From assembly GCA_947245665.1 (NCBI GenBank), contig CAMXOP010000002.1:1-45372 (forward strand): a stretch of 45,372 nt of DNA, read 5' to 3'. Under the pieces are notes generated by a model. That model ran no database searches. It had not been told where the DNA came from and saw only the letters and a list, made by a program, of their open reading frames with translations. Origin of the DNA: an uncultured Clostridiaceae bacterium (GTDB taxonomy: Bacteria > Bacillota > Clostridia > TANB77 > CAG-508). A program made the position numbers and the translations under genes. Below, one piece after another: positions 1 to 8,119 of the stretch (position 1 is the stretch's first letter; each line of letters begins with the position of its first letter).

Positions 1-1443
1 ATATTTTACTTTATCAATATCTAATTCATTCTTATATAATGTTATTTCTTTAAATTGATCGAAATTCCAATTATTTGGCATCTTTTGTCCGACGTTACAT
101 GAATATCCATATGACATATCTGCCACAAAGCTACTTATTGCATATCCTTTTTCAGATACTCTTTGGCAAACTAATCTTGGACCATATATACCAACTTTAT
201 ATCTTGAACCTATGAAATTATTTATTCCCTTAAAATATGGAATTATATATCTATCAATTTGATCTTCATATACATCTAAATCAACTGCAAAATAAATTAC
301 TGTTCCTTTTGGTAATTTTTCTTGTAATGCAGCATTAACTGCATTAATTGCTGCATTATTTCCTTTTTCTAATGTAAAATCATTTATATTACGATTACTT
401 TCTTGATATATTACAAAAGCTTTTAATCCATTATCTAATATAGTCTGTAATTCTCCTACTTGTAATTTTTTAGGTTTTTCTTCACTTATATATCCTGTTA
501 AATATCTTCCTACAACCTCAAACCCATCTTCTTTTAACATTTTTGCTCTACTTTTTGTTATTTCGAAACAAGTATCGCAGGCATTTGCACTTCTTGAAGT
601 ATCTCCACAACTTATAGCTAATGCTGACCATGTTTGTTTTCCACAATATCCATCAGCATCCAAACACATTAATGATTGGAAACCTTCAACAGCTTTTTTC
701 ACACCATTTCCATATCCACCATCAAAACCATTTGGGTCAAATCCATTTACATATAACAAATATTGTAATAGATATATCATACTTTTGTTGCTACTACCTG
801 GTAAAAGTGTTGGGCAGTTATTCATTGTATTACTTCCCCAAACTCCATCGGCACTTACATTTATTTCTACCTGTATAGCAATTATTAATGCTTTATTAGT
901 TTGCCTTTCATATATTCCATTTGTAGTTATATATGTATCGAAATAATTTCCATATTTATTGTTTAAGTCTCTTTGTATTGTTCTAATATTCGAATCACCA
1001 GATAATATTAATGTAAATGCATCTGTAGTTAAAATTGAAGCTAATATTTTAGCATCTACTATTCCATTTTGATTACTTAGTCCTATTTGTTCTTGTAATG
1101 TTTTAACTGCGGTCTTAGTTCCTTCTGTAAATACGTTTGAAAAAGATTGTGGTTCTATACCTCTACAATAAAATCCACCATTAATAATATAATTAATATT
1201 AGCATTTTGATTTTGAGTTTCTATAGATAAACCATTTGGAAACATACTGTTAAATAAATTCATCGTGCCTACTCCTAAGATTCCATCCATACTTGTTCCT
1301 AATTCATGTTGTAACCCTCTTATTAATCCTGCAACTGTTCCTCCACCTGTATATCCATCTTCATCTAAATTAACCCAACCTGAAATTGTTCCATATGTAT
1401 TATTTAACCATCTTTGTACTTCTCTAACTGCTTCATCTGCCAT
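1..1443 (-). CDS. Cell-wall hydrolase-like protein (peptidoglycan-binding repeats + DUF1906/Rv2525c-type glycoside-hydrolase-like domain); 3' end lies outside the window
   Basis: Absent from the ORF track (no stop in window). My translation of the minus strand from ATG 1443-1441 stays open to base 1: MADEAVREVQRWLNNTYGTISGWVNLDEDGYTGGGTVAGLIRGLQHELG... It has several PG_binding_1-like units (DGxxG..T..A...FQ), then ...CDTCFEITKSRAKMLKEDGFEVVGRYLTG...VIYFAVDLDVYEDQ...VGIYGPRLVC. It sits directly upstream of a holin gene. Confidence 0.6.
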   Translation of the reverse strand, partial: MADEAVREVQRWLNNTYGTISGWVNLDEDGYTGGGTVAGLIRGLQHELGTSMDGILGVGTMNLFNSMFPNGLSIETQNQNANINYIINGGFYCRGIEPQSFSNVFTEGTKTAVKTLQEQIGLSNQNGIVDAKILASILTTDAFTLILSGDSNIRTIQRDLNNKYGNYFDTYITTNGIYERQTNKALIIAIQVEINVSADGVWGSNTMNNCPTLLPGSSNKSMIYLLQYLLYVNGFDPNGFDGGYGNGVKKAVEGFQSLMCLDADGYCGKQTWSALAISCGDTSRSANACDTCFEITKSRAKMLKEDGFEVVGRYLTGYISEEKPKKLQVGELQTILDNGLKAFVIYQESNRNINDFTLEKGNNAAINAVNAALQEKLPKGTVIYFAVDLDVYEDQIDRYIIPYFKGINNFIGSRYKVGIYGPRLVCQRVSEKGYAISSFVADMSYGYSCNVGQKMPNNWNFDQFKEITLYKNELDIDKVKY

Positions 1444-1532
1444 TAAAATCCCTTCTTTCTTTCTTTATTTATAATTAAAAAATTGATATGTACACTTTCA
1501 ATTTTTAATTAGCTTAAAATAATCTATTAATT

Positions 1533-2024
1533 TTATTTGTTAGCTTTTTCATTTTCTTTTTCTATATTATTCTCAACTACTCTTGTAAACTTCTTTTCAG
1601 TAATTTCCAATCCTTTTATCAGAAAATCAGGTACGTTTATTCCTAATTCTACCAAGTTTTCTATAATGCTTCTTGCTTCATTTATTGATAAGCATCCTAA
1701 TGTAAACCATCCAAAAAACATTACAAATTCTATATTTACATTAAATTTATTACATATTTCTATTACAATATAAGATATAATAAATGTAGTTACTATAATT
1801 AGCCAATAACATACTTTTTTCAATATTCCTTTTACTCCTTCTTTTGAGCTTTCTGTTTTCTTCTTTTTTGCCTTTATTACACCTGTTATATAGTCTATAA
1901 CATTTAATATTAAGTACGCTGCAAATAATCCTCCCTGTATTCCGAATACTGATGTCAAAAATGTTATTGTAACAGAAACAAACGAATTAATCTTACTAAA
2001 TATCTGAATAATTAAATCTCTCAT
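1533..2024 (-). CDS. Holin, phage_holin_4 / TcdE-like family (163 aa)
   Basis: Three or four hydrophobic segments. Family-typical motifs: VIDYITGVIKA...S.EGVKGILKK, and C-terminal INEARSIIENLVELGINVPDFL. Strong RBS (GGAGG) before the ATG. Adjacent to the hydrolase-like gene. Confidence 0.7.
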   Translation of the reverse strand: MRDLIIQIFSKINSFVSVTITFLTSVFGIQGGLFAAYLILNVIDYITGVIKAKKKKTESSKEGVKGILKKVCYWLIIVTTFIISYIVIEICNKFNVNIEFVMFFGWFTLGCLSINEARSIIENLVELGINVPDFLIKGLEITEKKFTRVVENNIEKENEKANK

Positions 2025-2223
2025 AGTAACCTCCTTTGATGTTTAAATAATATCACATTTTTTTAATAATTTTCAGAAAGTCGCCCAAAATATAAAATCT
2101 TTTTTTTTTTTATAAAATATTACATTTCTTTCCTCTTTTCACCTTTTTTAAAATTATTATGATAATATATTTTTAGCTTAAAGATAAATGCATAAAATTT
2201 TTTAAAGAAAGGAGAGTGTTTTT

Positions 2224-2748
2224 ATGGGAGGAGTATTAACAGAATTTATGATTCAAAAAGGAGGTAATGCGTCTATCAAAAATAGACGTACTGGTGCAAC
2301 ACTTGGTACTCTATATAATAGAGAAGCATGCCTATATTACTATGATGATGGAGATGGAACTCTTGGTTATTTAGCTTCTGATGGTTCATTTAAAGAATAT
2401 GTACAAGCTAATATGGGTCTACTTAATTTAAAACTTTGTACTGATTATCCTTATGCAGTTGAAAATATTAATGGTGTACCATATTACATATTTAAGATTA
2501 GAAAAGCATCTACTGTTTATAATGCACTTGGTGAAGTATGGGGTTCTGTAGCTGCTGGAATGTATGTAGCAACTACTAATGCTGAAATGGGTCAAACACA
2601 TAAGACTTGGAAAGAAATAAACTATGTAAAAAGTACTAGTGGACAATGGGTTCCTATAAATAGTGCTGGAAAAAGTCATGGATATGTACCTACAGGTATA
2701 GAAACTGCATCTGGCTACCAAAATATTTCTTTTTATGGTTCTTGGTAA
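2224..2748 (+). CDS. Hypothetical 174-aa Gly/Tyr-rich protein with no signal peptide or TM segment
   Basis: Clean ORF with RBS AAAGGAGAG 7 nt before the ATG and a perfect terminator hairpin downstream. I recognised no family. Confidence 0.5.
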   Translation: MGGVLTEFMIQKGGNASIKNRRTGATLGTLYNREACLYYYDDGDGTLGYLASDGSFKEYVQANMGLLNLKLCTDYPYAVENINGVPYYIFKIRKASTVYNALGEVWGSVAAGMYVATTNAEMGQTHKTWKEINYVKSTSGQWVPINSAGKSHGYVPTGIETASGYQNISFYGSW

Positions 2749-2775
2749 ACTAATTAAGAATTTCTCTTATGCAAA

Positions 2776-2815
2776 AAAGATTAAAGAAGAAATCTCTCTT
2801 CTTTAATCTTTTTCT
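2776..2815. terminator. Bidirectional rho-independent terminator between convergent genes
   Basis: A perfect 14-bp stem, AAAGATTAAAGAAG (2776-2789) / CTTCTTTAATCTTT (2798-2811), with an 8-nt loop. It is flanked by an A-run upstream and a T-run downstream. Confidence 0.75.
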
Positions 2816-2827
2816 ATTAATATAGTC

Positions 2828-3856
2828 TTATTTTATAAGACTTGATTTTCCAAAAAAAGTATGTACTCCTCCCCAGTCTGCTGGTGAAAGTTCTAAGTGA
2901 ACTGGTGTATTTATTATCCAATAATCATAATCATGTAATATTTCATGAGCTTCAAAACATTTTTCCAAATTATGTTCGTTCATTCCCTCTTTTAAGGTAT
3001 CATATGTGTTTTGTAAATCTTTCTTTGTTTCTTTATCTTTTATTTCATTTTTAATTTTTTCTAATTTTTCTAGCACATATAAAAATCTTCCACCGTTATC
3101 TACTTTAGTACCTGTAAATGGATCCGTAAATACTCCATAACTTGTAAAATCTTCCCAGTATGGACTATTTTTATCTTTTACTAATCTTACTGCATCTAAA
3201 AGTTCATTTTCTAATCTTGAATGAATATCTCTAATATTTTTTTGAATATCTTGTTTTTTTTCTTCTGATAATCCTGATAAGGCTTTTTCTTGCGCTTTGT
3301 AACATTTTTCTTGCGTTGGCAATTCTAGATCACTTTTATGTAAGTAATATTTCTGTTCTGTAAATGTTAGTATTTCTTGATATATTTTTTCACTAATATG
3401 GTATGTCTTTTTTATATCCTTTGTCTGTATGCATACTATTCCTGCACCACTATTTATACCTCCTACTCCTTGCATTTTAAAAATACATTCAAAATCTCCA
3501 ATTAATTTAATTTCCCAATAAGCTCCATCAAAATTGCTAATTTGTGTTTTATCTTTTTCTTCCCAGATTGTATCAAAAAATAAGTTAATAAATTCTTCCA
3601 TTTTGTTTTTTTCATTTATTTTATAAATTGTTGGATTTGTGCTATCTGACATATTGTTTGTTAATATTATTTCTTTTATATTTTTAGGTATATATTCAGA
3701 AATTTCATTTGTTTTTGAAATAGATAAATTTTCTTCTTTTATCTTATCTACACTATCTATACTAGTTTCTTTTGGTTTATCTATCATTACTTTTGTAATT
3801 ATTATTCCAACTAAAATTAATAATATTATTAGTATTATTATAAAAACTTTTTTCAT
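2828..3856 (-). CDS. Membrane-anchored hypothetical protein (342 aa)
   Basis: N-terminal hydrophobic anchor MKKVFIIILIILLILVGIIITKV. Only 21 nt downstream of the Spo0A-like gene, so probably co-transcribed with it. No family recognised. Confidence 0.55.
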   Translation of the reverse strand: MKKVFIIILIILLILVGIIITKVMIDKPKETSIDSVDKIKEENLSISKTNEISEYIPKNIKEIILTNNMSDSTNPTIYKINEKNKMEEFINLFFDTIWEEKDKTQISNFDGAYWEIKLIGDFECIFKMQGVGGINSGAGIVCIQTKDIKKTYHISEKIYQEILTFTEQKYYLHKSDLELPTQEKCYKAQEKALSGLSEEKKQDIQKNIRDIHSRLENELLDAVRLVKDKNSPYWEDFTSYGVFTDPFTGTKVDNGGRFLYVLEKLEKIKNEIKDKETKKDLQNTYDTLKEGMNEHNLEKCFEAHEILHDYDYWIINTPVHLELSPADWGGVHTFFGKSSLIK

Positions 3857-3877
3857 TTAATTATCCCTCCTTTATAT

Positions 3878-4615
3878 TTAATTTTCAGAAATATTCTTTA
3901 GAACTGTATATATAACATTCTTTACAGTCGGCTTCGTTTTATCTTGAAAACCAAAATATTCTTGTATTCGCTCCCTTTTGCACATTTTGAACATATATTC
4001 ATTTGCTTTATTAATATTACTTTTTATATTATACACACCTAAGTTATTCTCTTTAGCTATGGTTGGATATATTTCTTCTGCCAAGTTGTATATTATGTGT
4101 TTTTTCCCTCCTTTGTTATATATTAATTGTATGGCATCTATAAGATATTGTGTTCCTGTGTGTGATAGATTGTAATTCAAATAATGTAGTTCTTTTATAA
4201 TACTCATTCTTATGCTTTCTTCTTTACTTTGCTCTTGTTTACTTTTGATTAATTCATTAATTTTATCTATTATGTCTGAAATAGAACTAACTTTATTGAT
4301 AAAACTATATACATAATCGCTTTCTCTTAATTTACAAATCATATCTGTTTCACCAGACACAACTATAATAGAATCTTTATATTTCCCCATTTTTTCTTTT
4401 TCTATTTCTTCTAGTATGTATAATCCATCATATATGGGCATCTTTAAATCAAGTAATATTATATCAACTGAATGATTCTTAATTATATCTAAAGCTTCTT
4501 GTCCATCTGTTGCAATATAGCTAACTTTCATATCCTCGCTATTACTTCCATTTATTATATTCATTAATACTTTTGCATAATATATGTTATCATCTGCTAT
4601 TAATATATTTACCAT
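3878..4615 (-). CDS. Spo0A-like orphan response regulator (receiver + Spo0A_C-like effector domain)
   Basis: Receiver motifs ILIADDN and ILLDLKMP (phospho-acceptor Asp). The C-terminal half parallels Spo0A_C: HTGTQYLIDAIQLIY..., IYPTIAKENN..., KPTVKNVIYTV (compare Spo0A HIKGYLYLREAISMVY, LYPDIAKKFN, KPTNSEFIAMV). Confidence 0.7.
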   Translation of the reverse strand: MVNILIADDNIYYAKVLMNIINGSNSEDMKVSYIATDGQEALDIIKNHSVDIILLDLKMPIYDGLYILEEIEKEKMGKYKDSIIVVSGETDMICKLRESDYVYSFINKVSSISDIIDKINELIKSKQEQSKEESIRMSIIKELHYLNYNLSHTGTQYLIDAIQLIYNKGGKKHIIYNLAEEIYPTIAKENNLGVYNIKSNINKANEYMFKMCKRERIQEYFGFQDKTKPTVKNVIYTVLKNISEN

Positions 4616-4653
4616 TTATACCACCTCTTACTATATTAGATACTTTAAGTTTG

Positions 4654-4666
4654 TAAAATAGTTTCA
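4654..4666 (-). promoter_or_regulatory. ECF-type -35-like element TGAAACTATTTTA upstream of the Spo0A-like gene
   Basis: On the minus strand, TGAAAC starts 51 nt upstream of ATG 4615. An identical 13-mer is found upstream of the ECF sigma gene (7288-7300). Confidence 0.4.
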
Positions 4667-4680
4667 TTTTTTTATTTTTT

Positions 4681-4770
4681 TTACTTTTATATTTACTTTT
4701 TCCACTTTTTTCTACTTTTTCACGCTTAATTATGCCCATAATCACTTTTTTTTACATTTTTTTCCACTTT
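4681..4770. repeat. Helically phased direct repeats (Y-Y-A-C-T-T-T-T-T; includes 2x TTTTTCCACTTT) between divergent promoters
   Basis: The AC cores sit at 4683, 4695, 4704, 4714, 4744, 4754 and 4766, with spacings of 9-12 bp or multiples. The related array is at 8951-8992. Confidence 0.5.
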
Positions 4771-4772
4771 GC

Positions 4773-4801
4773 TTGCATTAAATAAATTATTATGCTATAA
4801 T
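4773..4801 (+). promoter_or_regulatory. SigA-type promoter for the 4884 gene
   Basis: -35 TTGCAT (4773-4778), 17-nt spacer, extended -10 TGCTATAAT (4793-4801). Confidence 0.6.
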
Positions 4802-4883
4802 CTGATTTGTAGTTTATTTTTAGAGGGAGAATATAAATATATGTAACCCGTTAACCTTTTTTTATAATAAGGAGGAAATTTTT

Positions 4884-5489
4884 ATGAATATTTTGAAAAA
4901 AACAAAGAAACGGAACTTTTTGATTGCAGCTTTGGTTGGGGTATTATTTTTAACCCCTAATACAATTTGTCATGCTGCTTCTGGTAATGAAATTCAAGAA
5001 GCGAGTGAAGACACTATTGATGTTGTTCCAATTGAAGATGTTGGTATTTCTCATGAAGAAGCTATTGAAATTTTTGGACTTACTGAAGAAGAAGCTGAAG
5101 GGGTATCATTCTATTCAGTACGAAATGCAGGTTCAATTGATGTAGGCAAACCTTTCAATTCTACTTTTTCATTTACTGGTACAAATACTGGTGCATATCG
5201 CACGATGAATGGTAATAAACTTATGTACAAAATAACTTGGACACCTCTATCTGGCGATGGCGGAGAAGTATTAAGATTTTACTTATATCCATATGGAGGT
5301 AATGCCATTTCACAGGGATACCTATCTTTAGGATCTCCTGGCTCTGGGAATAGTCGAAGTTGGCAGTCTTCATGGTTAAATATTCAATATGGACTTGACT
5401 ATCATTTTTACTACGAGTCCTACATTGGATGGGTAGAAAATTCTCAAGCAAGATGCCAAGTGCAGATGTATATTGCTGTAGAAAATTAA
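4884..5489 (+). CDS. Secreted hypothetical protein (201 aa, Sec signal peptide)
   Basis: N-terminal MNILKKTKKRNFLIAALVGVLFLTPNTICHA/ASG signal. RBS AAGGAGG. The C-terminal half is beta-rich. No family recognised. Confidence 0.65.
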   Translation: MNILKKTKKRNFLIAALVGVLFLTPNTICHAASGNEIQEASEDTIDVVPIEDVGISHEEAIEIFGLTEEEAEGVSFYSVRNAGSIDVGKPFNSTFSFTGTNTGAYRTMNGNKLMYKITWTPLSGDGGEVLRFYLYPYGGNAISQGYLSLGSPGSGNSRSWQSSWLNIQYGLDYHFYYESYIGWVENSQARCQVQMYIAVEN

Positions 5490-5521
5490 AGTAGTTTTTG
5501 TTATTTTTCTCCTTCTAAAAT

Positions 5522-5546
5522 AAGGTCATAGCATTGCTATGACCTT
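5522..5546. terminator. Bidirectional terminator hairpin
   Basis: AAGGTCATAGC-ATT-GCTATGACCTT, a perfect 11-bp stem followed by TTATTT. It overlaps the stop codon of the convergent anti-sigma gene. Confidence 0.7.
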
Positions 5547-6709
5547 TTATTTAATACTATAGTAATTTCTTTATTATTCATAAACAATTTTAAAGTAAGT
5601 TTATCAGTTAGTTCTTTATTAGTAATTTCAAATATACATTTTTTTGTTATCTCTCCAGTAGCAGTATCCCATATGCTTTCTTGTTCTTTTACTGGTGAAA
5701 CACCAAATTTATGTCCAAATTCATTCTCAATAATAATATTATCAATCAGGGTATCTTCTGGACCTATTGAACTTATAATTTCTTCTATTTTATCTTTTCT
5801 ATCTTTTTCTTTAATTTTATATTCTGTTTTTATTTTTAGATTGACTATCATTTCAGATTCACTAGCAGTAGCATTTTCTACTATTACTTTACTGTTGTTA
5901 TTTTTATATGTTGCATTGTAAAATACTGTATCTCTTTTATAAAATTCTTTAAGTAAATCAACTTTTATATTCCATTTGTCATTTTTATCTATATTATAAT
6001 TATTATTTCTATTGTAAAAATGAAATCCTTCAAAGTCAAAATTCAGTTTTTCTGATTTTGGATATTCTGTTGAATACATTTTATATATAAATCTAATATT
6101 ATTTTCTGTTTTGCTTAATATCTCTATTCCATGTCCACTATTAGTGTATGAATTGTTCATATTTTTTTCACTATATTCAATATTATTTTCTCCACAATAT
6201 TTTTCATATATCTCCTTATTATCACAAAAAATTATATTTTTATTTTCATCTGTTATTATCATTTTATTTATCTCAACTGCATCTATCTTATCTAGTATTT
6301 CTTCTGATTCAATATTGAAAGTTATATATAAATTAAAGTCATCCATTAAAATATTTTCAATTTTAAAGTTTATTCCATCTTTATTTATATATTCCATCTC
6401 TGTATTATATAAGTAGCCCTCTTCTGCTACTTTTATTATTCCTTCTCCTGTTGTTTCTGGATTAAATATACTATATATCCAATTATAAATATCTTTAGCA
6501 AATACAGCACTTAATGTTATAACAAGTCCTGCAAATAGAGTTACAATTGTTTTTATAATAGCTATGAAAAAAGTGCTTAATTCAAATTTCTTTTTATTGT
6601 CAAATGCTGTTAATATTGCTTGTTCATATCCATAAGGTTCATATATTTTATTTTTAATTGTTTTTTCAATCATTATATCTAAATTATCCAACTTGTTTTC
6701 CTCCTTCAT
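5537..6709 (-). CDS. Putative anti-sigma factor (single-pass membrane protein with a large extracytoplasmic domain, DUF4179-like organisation)
   Basis: Overlaps the 3' end of the ECF sigma gene by 26 nt. It has a short cytoplasmic N-terminus, a TM segment (FFIAIIKTIVTLFAGLVITLSAVF), then about 320 aa outside the cell. Confidence 0.5.
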   Translation of the reverse strand: MKEENKLDNLDIMIEKTIKNKIYEPYGYEQAILTAFDNKKKFELSTFFIAIIKTIVTLFAGLVITLSAVFAKDIYNWIYSIFNPETTGEGIIKVAEEGYLYNTEMEYINKDGINFKIENILMDDFNLYITFNIESEEILDKIDAVEINKMIITDENKNIIFCDNKEIYEKYCGENNIEYSEKNMNNSYTNSGHGIEILSKTENNIRFIYKMYSTEYPKSEKLNFDFEGFHFYNRNNNYNIDKNDKWNIKVDLLKEFYKRDTVFYNATYKNNNSKVIVENATASESEMIVNLKIKTEYKIKEKDRKDKIEEIISSIGPEDTLIDNIIIENEFGHKFGVSPVKEQESIWDTATGEITKKCIFEITNKELTDKLTLKLFMNNKEITIVLNKRS

Positions 6710-7253
6710 ATTTATTCTTTATTTTCTCTTTTGCTCTTGAGAGCCTTGTTTTTATAGTATTTTCATTTATTTTTAAGATGTTAGATATTTCTTTTGTAGT
6801 GTATTTTTCTGAATAGTACAATATAATAATTATTCTTTCTTCATATTTTAATTCTTTTATCATTTCATAAAAATCTAATGTATCTTCTTTTAACTTTATG
6901 TCTTCACAACTTTTGATTTCATCTTTGTAAAATTCAATATCATAATTGTCATATACTTCCTTGCTATTTATTTTCTTATTATATAATTTATTAGAGTTAT
7001 TTATTAGTATTTTTATAATCCATGATTTAAATTTAGTAATATCTTTTAATTTTCGTATATGCCTATATGCATCTATCATTGTTTCTTGAATAATGTCTTG
7101 TATATCATCTTCATTAGTAGTTCTCATTTTTGCTATTTTGTATAAGTCATTTCTTATATTTAATATAATTTGTGTAAATGCTTCCTTATCTCCTTTCTTT
7201 GCTTTTATTATTAGTTCTTCCAATTTTAATTCCCCCTTTACTAATATGTACAT
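6684..7253 (-). CDS. ECF (group 4) RNA polymerase sigma factor
   Basis: Region 2: DDIQDIIQETMIDAYRHIRKLKD..FKSWIIKILIN. Region 4: ERIIIILYYSEKYTTKEISNILKINENTIKTRLSRAKEKIK. An alternative TTG start at 7223 follows a GGGGGA RBS. Confidence 0.8.
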   Translation of the reverse strand: MYILVKGELKLEELIIKAKKGDKEAFTQIILNIRNDLYKIAKMRTTNEDDIQDIIQETMIDAYRHIRKLKDITKFKSWIIKILINNSNKLYNKKINSKEVYDNYDIEFYKDEIKSCEDIKLKEDTLDFYEMIKELKYEERIIIILYYSEKYTTKEISNILKINENTIKTRLSRAKEKIKNKYEGGKQVG

Positions 7254-7287
7254 ATTTGTTGTCTACTTATAAGAGTATATTTTCTTA

Positions 7288-7300
7288 TAAAATAGTTTCA
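7288..7300 (-). promoter_or_regulatory. ECF-type -35-like element TGAAACTATTTTA upstream of the sigma gene (possible autoregulated promoter)
   Basis: TGAAAC starts 47 nt upstream of ATG 7253. The same 13-mer is at 4654-4666. No CGT-type -10 is visible. Confidence 0.4.
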
Positions 7301-7427
7301 CTTTTTATAAATTTCGAAAAATCTTTATATACTATAACATATATAAATACTAATTGGTGGTTTTCGACAGGCTTTTACAAATTTTTACATCTATTTTTGC
7401 TATAATAAATAAAAAGGGGATGATTTT

Positions 7428-7595
7428 ATGGATTCAAAAATTTCATTACAGCTCTTAAAAGAAAGAGCAAAACTTGAAAAACTTATTCTTGAAAAAGCAC
7501 CCTATGAAATAATTTGTAAAAAAAGTCAAGAACTTGATAACTTAGTACTGATAAAGTTTAAAGCTCTAAATAAAAAATATGAAAGTTCTAGTTAA
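7428..7595 (+). CDS. Spo0E-like aspartyl-phosphate phosphatase candidate (55 aa)
   Basis: Below the ORF-track size cut-off. My translation: MDSKISLQLLKERAKLEKLILEKAPYEIICKKSQELDNLVLIKFKALNKKYESSS. It carries the Spo0E-family signature SQELDxL(I/V). RBS AAGGGGA; extended -10 TGCTATAAT at 7398-7406. Confidence 0.6.
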   Translation: MDSKISLQLLKERAKLEKLILEKAPYEIICKKSQELDNLVLIKFKALNKKYESSS

Positions 7596-7709
7596 TCTAT
7601 CTTTAAAGTACCAAACTATAATAAAATTGATTATAAATTCTGAATGATGGCTTTTCGATTTATAAAAATTCTACTCTATATTTAATTTTGATATTTTTCT
7701 TTATATTTA

Positions 7710-7738
7710 TTGACTTTATTTCTTATTTTTGATAAATT
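7710..7738 (+). promoter_or_regulatory. SigA-type promoter for the HU gene
   Basis: -35 TTGACT (7710-7715), 17-nt spacer, TG-extended -10 TGATAAATT (7730-7738). Confidence 0.55.
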
Positions 7739-7786
7739 GGCGTTAATACAAAAGATATAAAATAATATCAAAAGGGGTGAATTATA

Positions 7787-8062
7787 ATGAATAAAATTGA
7801 ATTAGTAAACGCTATTTCTGAAAAAACTATGCTAACAAAAAAAGTTGCTGAATTATCTTTAAATGCTATAATAGAAACTATATCTGAAGAATTAAAAAAA
7901 GGTAATAAAATTCAACTTATTGGATTTGGTTCTTTCGAAGTAAGAAAAAGAGCAGCTAGAAAAGGTAGAAATCCTCAAACTAACGAAGAAATTACAATTC
8001 CTGCAACAATAGCTCCAGCTTTTAAACCAGGAAAAGCTTTAAAAGATAATATTAATAAATAA
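7787..8062 (+). CDS. hup: HU-family DNA-binding protein
   Basis: MNKIELVNAISEK...IQLIGFGSFEVRKRAARKGRNPQTNEEITIPA...PAFKPGKALKD is the canonical HU/IHF fold signature. RBS AAAGGGGTGA. Confidence 0.9.
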   Translation: MNKIELVNAISEKTMLTKKVAELSLNAIIETISEELKKGNKIQLIGFGSFEVRKRAARKGRNPQTNEEITIPATIAPAFKPGKALKDNINK

Positions 8063-8119
8063 AAATAAAAGCCAAACATGATTATATAAAACTATAATTC
8101 ATATTTGGTTTTATTTTTT
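8063..8119. terminator. Bidirectional terminator between hup and the AbrB-like gene
   Basis: Long imperfect hairpin, CCAAACATGATTATA (8072-8086) / TATAATTCATATTTGG (8094-8108). It has an A-run before it and TTTTATTTTTT after it. Confidence 0.55.

Noticed and set aside
4847-4850. Intergenic plus-strand CCG sites (4848-4850, 26640-26642, 32664-32666) as further instances of the extra-base signature.
   Set aside because: Without a reading frame there is no way to judge from the sequence whether a base is surplus. They are left unassigned.
6684-7253. TcdR/UviA/BotR-type (group 5) toxin or bacteriocin sigma factor, considered because of the nearby TcdE-like holin.
   Set aside because: The region 2 and region 4 sequences, together with an overlapping membrane anti-sigma gene, fit a standard ECF (group 4) factor better. 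I keep only a loose functional analogy.
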